Assembly (NCBI GenBank): GCA_026770705.1
Contig: JANJGN010000017.1
Location: 34,596,001 to 34,660,000, forward strand
DNA: 64,000 nucleotides
Direction of reading: 5' to 3'
Source of the DNA: Isurus oxyrinchus
Lineage: Eukaryota
Under the pieces are notes generated by a model that saw nothing but the letters and a program-made list of their open reading frames with translations, made no database searches and was not told the DNA's origin. Within the stretch, counting starts at the first letter, position 1; every line of letters begins with the position of its first letter. Position numbers and translations under genes: made by a program. This document shows positions 61,558 through 64,000 of this stretch, piece after piece.

Positions 61558-62637
61558 AGAGTGAAGAGTCCAATGACCCCAGTCAAATGGGTCATGCTTT
61601 TAAAAGAAGTTCCTTGCAGAGTATCCAAACGACATGCCGACACTAGGGACACTCTATGCCAATTGTATCAGATGGTGAGTTTACTGAAGGAGCTCACTCC
61701 CTGCATCAGTAGCAATCAGATGGATGGCTTCTTTGCACTGCTGCCCACCCAGGAGAATGCAACACATTGCAGGACAGTCTGCAGAGATCCCAAGTGCAGA
61801 CTGTATTTTTTTACCCTGGATGTTCAGACTGCTGTATTAGATTGCTAGAGTCCCATCCAGAGGGCCATCTCACCAAACCTCAAAGTGACCAGGCGAATGA
61901 CACAGGCAGGTATCACTTAGGACTTAGGTGAGCTCCTTGGTGCCACTTACTTGGTTTTCCATATATTAGTGTCTGTGCGGAGCCATGTTCAGTACTAATG
62001 AAATGACAGAAATATGCACACATGAAGCTGCTGTCCCTCAGGACAGCAACATATATTTGGCCTTCTGCTAAGCCTCTGAGATGCCTACATTGTTGGTAGA
62101 GAGAAGGCAGAGTTAGGCAGTCCCTGTAGTGGCACAAGGTATAATACCGGTAGCAGTTCATCATTGGACATGAGGAATTTCCTAAAACAAGTAATAGGCT
62201 CCTTAAATATATCAACGAGGGGCCTAAAGCCTGTTGTGGAACCTGTCTATAAAATAAGTTCCCAATGGAGAGGGCAGCTGTTGGCCCCATGCATTCAGGA
62301 TCCCTCAGTTGGCCCTCCCTGGTCGCCAAAAGCACAGGGAAGTTTGACATTTTTAAAGAAACCTTTCTGTGTAGTCAGGAGAAGGGGGTGTGCTTCCCCA
62401 CCAACAGTGCAGCAATCCTGGTGACTGCCCCGCCACCCCACCCCCACCCACCCTCCTTTCTGGAACTTACCAGAGGGCCAAAATTGAACTAGTGACTTAT
62501 GTACCAAGCTGCCTGTGGAGACGCAACAGGCACTGACAGTTGGTTTGATTTCCAATTTTAGGATGGCCTCAGGCCTCTCTTTTAGTGTGCGCTGCCCTTG
62601 TCTGGCCTAGGCTCATTTCTATCCCATTGTATCCTCA

Positions 62638-62806
62638 GGAGTAATATTGTTCTTAGGCAATAGTGTAAAACAGCCATGTCGGATCAGCTGCCCATAATAT
62701 GTCTCTCGCAATTTTTAGTTCATTGAATTCCATTGGAAATTTATATAATGTGTAACAGATCCAATATCACCTATTTACAATATTGCCAAAAAATTAAAAT
62801 TACTCC
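62638..62806. mobile_element. Short palindromic MITE
   Basis: GGAGTAAT...GGCAATAGTGTAAA versus TTTACAATATTGCC...ATTACTCC. Confidence 0.7.
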
Positions 62807-63720
62807 CCTCTTTTGATAAAGAGGGGTGATGGGAGTTGAAAAGGGAAGCCCCAGAGCACAAGGCACAAAAGATAGATGGTAAAGCAGGTGTCAAGAGCAA
62901 AAATAAGCTAATTCAGCTTTGTGTCACTTCTTGCAAATACCCTTTAATTCTTCAAATTCACTTCAGCTTTGTCTGTCGTGCTTGGCACCTTGGATACCTG
63001 TTTTACATGGGAGTGATCGGTACTGAATGTAAATTTGGCAGCAAGAGCGGAAGACAGGCATATAACATCATCACATCCTTACCACCTTACATATTAATGT
63101 CCACACATTTAAGGAAGGTACTTCCAGCAACTGCCAGGAATAACAACAGAAAATTGAGGAAATGTTAAAATGGGTGGGGATCCTGTGTGACAGACACTTT
63201 CTCCTAACTGTTTAAATATTCCCCAACCCATGCACTGTTCACATAATCCGGACTGCCCTGTGGCATTTGTTTCATCAACTAAACTTAGACATGCATTGTA
63301 GTAAAATACAAGTAGCAAACTTCTGCAGGCAGCAGGCAAACTGTAAGTCATTCAGTTGGGAATTAAGTTATCATTGACTGCATGATATATTGTACAATGG
63401 CATGAAAACACAAAGTCATACATGTTTAACGACTAATCAATGATGATATCATACCTCACTATCCATCCAAAACAAATAAATCTTCAGGGATGGGTAGTAT
63501 TCATGGTATGGTGCTGAAAGAGATACGGAATGAGAACTATGAGGTGCTGATGACCATTTGGAAACACTCAATGTACACTGGGAGCCCATATTAGATCATA
63601 AATAAGCCAACATGGTATCCAATAGCAAAATGATTGGTAAGATAGACCCACCTATTTGTTGTGGTGACTAGATGAAACCAGCTTCTTAGCTACTTGTGAA
63701 GTGTGGAAATGACTAGCAAT

Positions 63721-63755
63721 GTTCTGATGAAAGGTCATCAACCTGAAACATTAAC
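63721..63755 (+). ncRNA. Minimal hammerhead ribozyme motif in a solo Penelope terminal repeat (repeat extends to ~63845)
   Basis: GTT-CTGATGA-a-AGGT(catca)ACCT-GAAAC-ATT-AAC; core boxes intact, triplet G changed to A (CpG decay). Confidence 0.72.
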
Positions 63756-64000
63756 TCTATTTCTCACTTTCCAGATGTTGCATGACCTGCTGAGCATTTC
63801 TGGCATTTTCTGTTTTTAATTCAGCTATCCAGCATCTGCAGTACTGGTGAGTTCTACATCTCCAATCAAAAAACAGATCTGACACCAGAATTCCAGTTAA
63901 CAGGGAATTCCACTTAGTAGAGTACTGGGTGACAGAAATTTTATCATATTTTGCTTTCATACTCATGTTCCTTTGTTGGTTTCTGCTATGGAAAAGAAAA

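Noticed and set aside
61558-62630. GC-richer block with several ORFs (e.g. 61913-62350)
   Set aside because: No recognisable domain; probably a decayed DNA-transposon derivative, but neither ends nor identity can be supported.
1-64000. Six-frame ORFs as host protein-coding genes
   Set aside because: All recognisable ones are TE fragments or antisense frames; none forms a supported exon chain.
1-64000. CRISPR array or prokaryotic defence/operon system
   Set aside because: No regularly spaced repeat-spacer structure, no gene-dense organisation; content is vertebrate repeat DNA.

Overview
Eukaryotic, repeat-dominated non-coding DNA, most likely intronic or intergenic sequence from a cartilaginous fish (shark-like). 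This is inferred from a Deu-domain tRNA SINE resembling SacSINE1 and from the repeat mix. No intact host gene, RNA gene, CRISPR array or prokaryotic system is supported; almost all listed ORFs are decayed transposon frames or their antisense. The window is a nested stack of mobile elements: an abundant Jockey-group LINE ('LINE-A'), classic CR1, L2, an RTE/BovB-like LINE, a full-length but dead Gypsy LTR element, a gag-only LTR element, solo LTRs, two-gene PIF/Harbinger transposons (DDE transposase plus Myb/SANT) and their non-autonomous derivatives, and Penelope-like elements. The most interesting signal is a family of minimal type-I hammerhead-ribozyme motifs (CUGANGA-stem II-GAAAC-GUU) in the Penelope terminal repeats, including fold-back elements with opposed copies. 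Next is a Harbinger system with NAT-type target duplications and Myb/SANT-only 1.3-kb derivatives. All alignments and translations outside the supplied ORF track were done by eye. Boundaries lacking a TSD or TIR are approximate.
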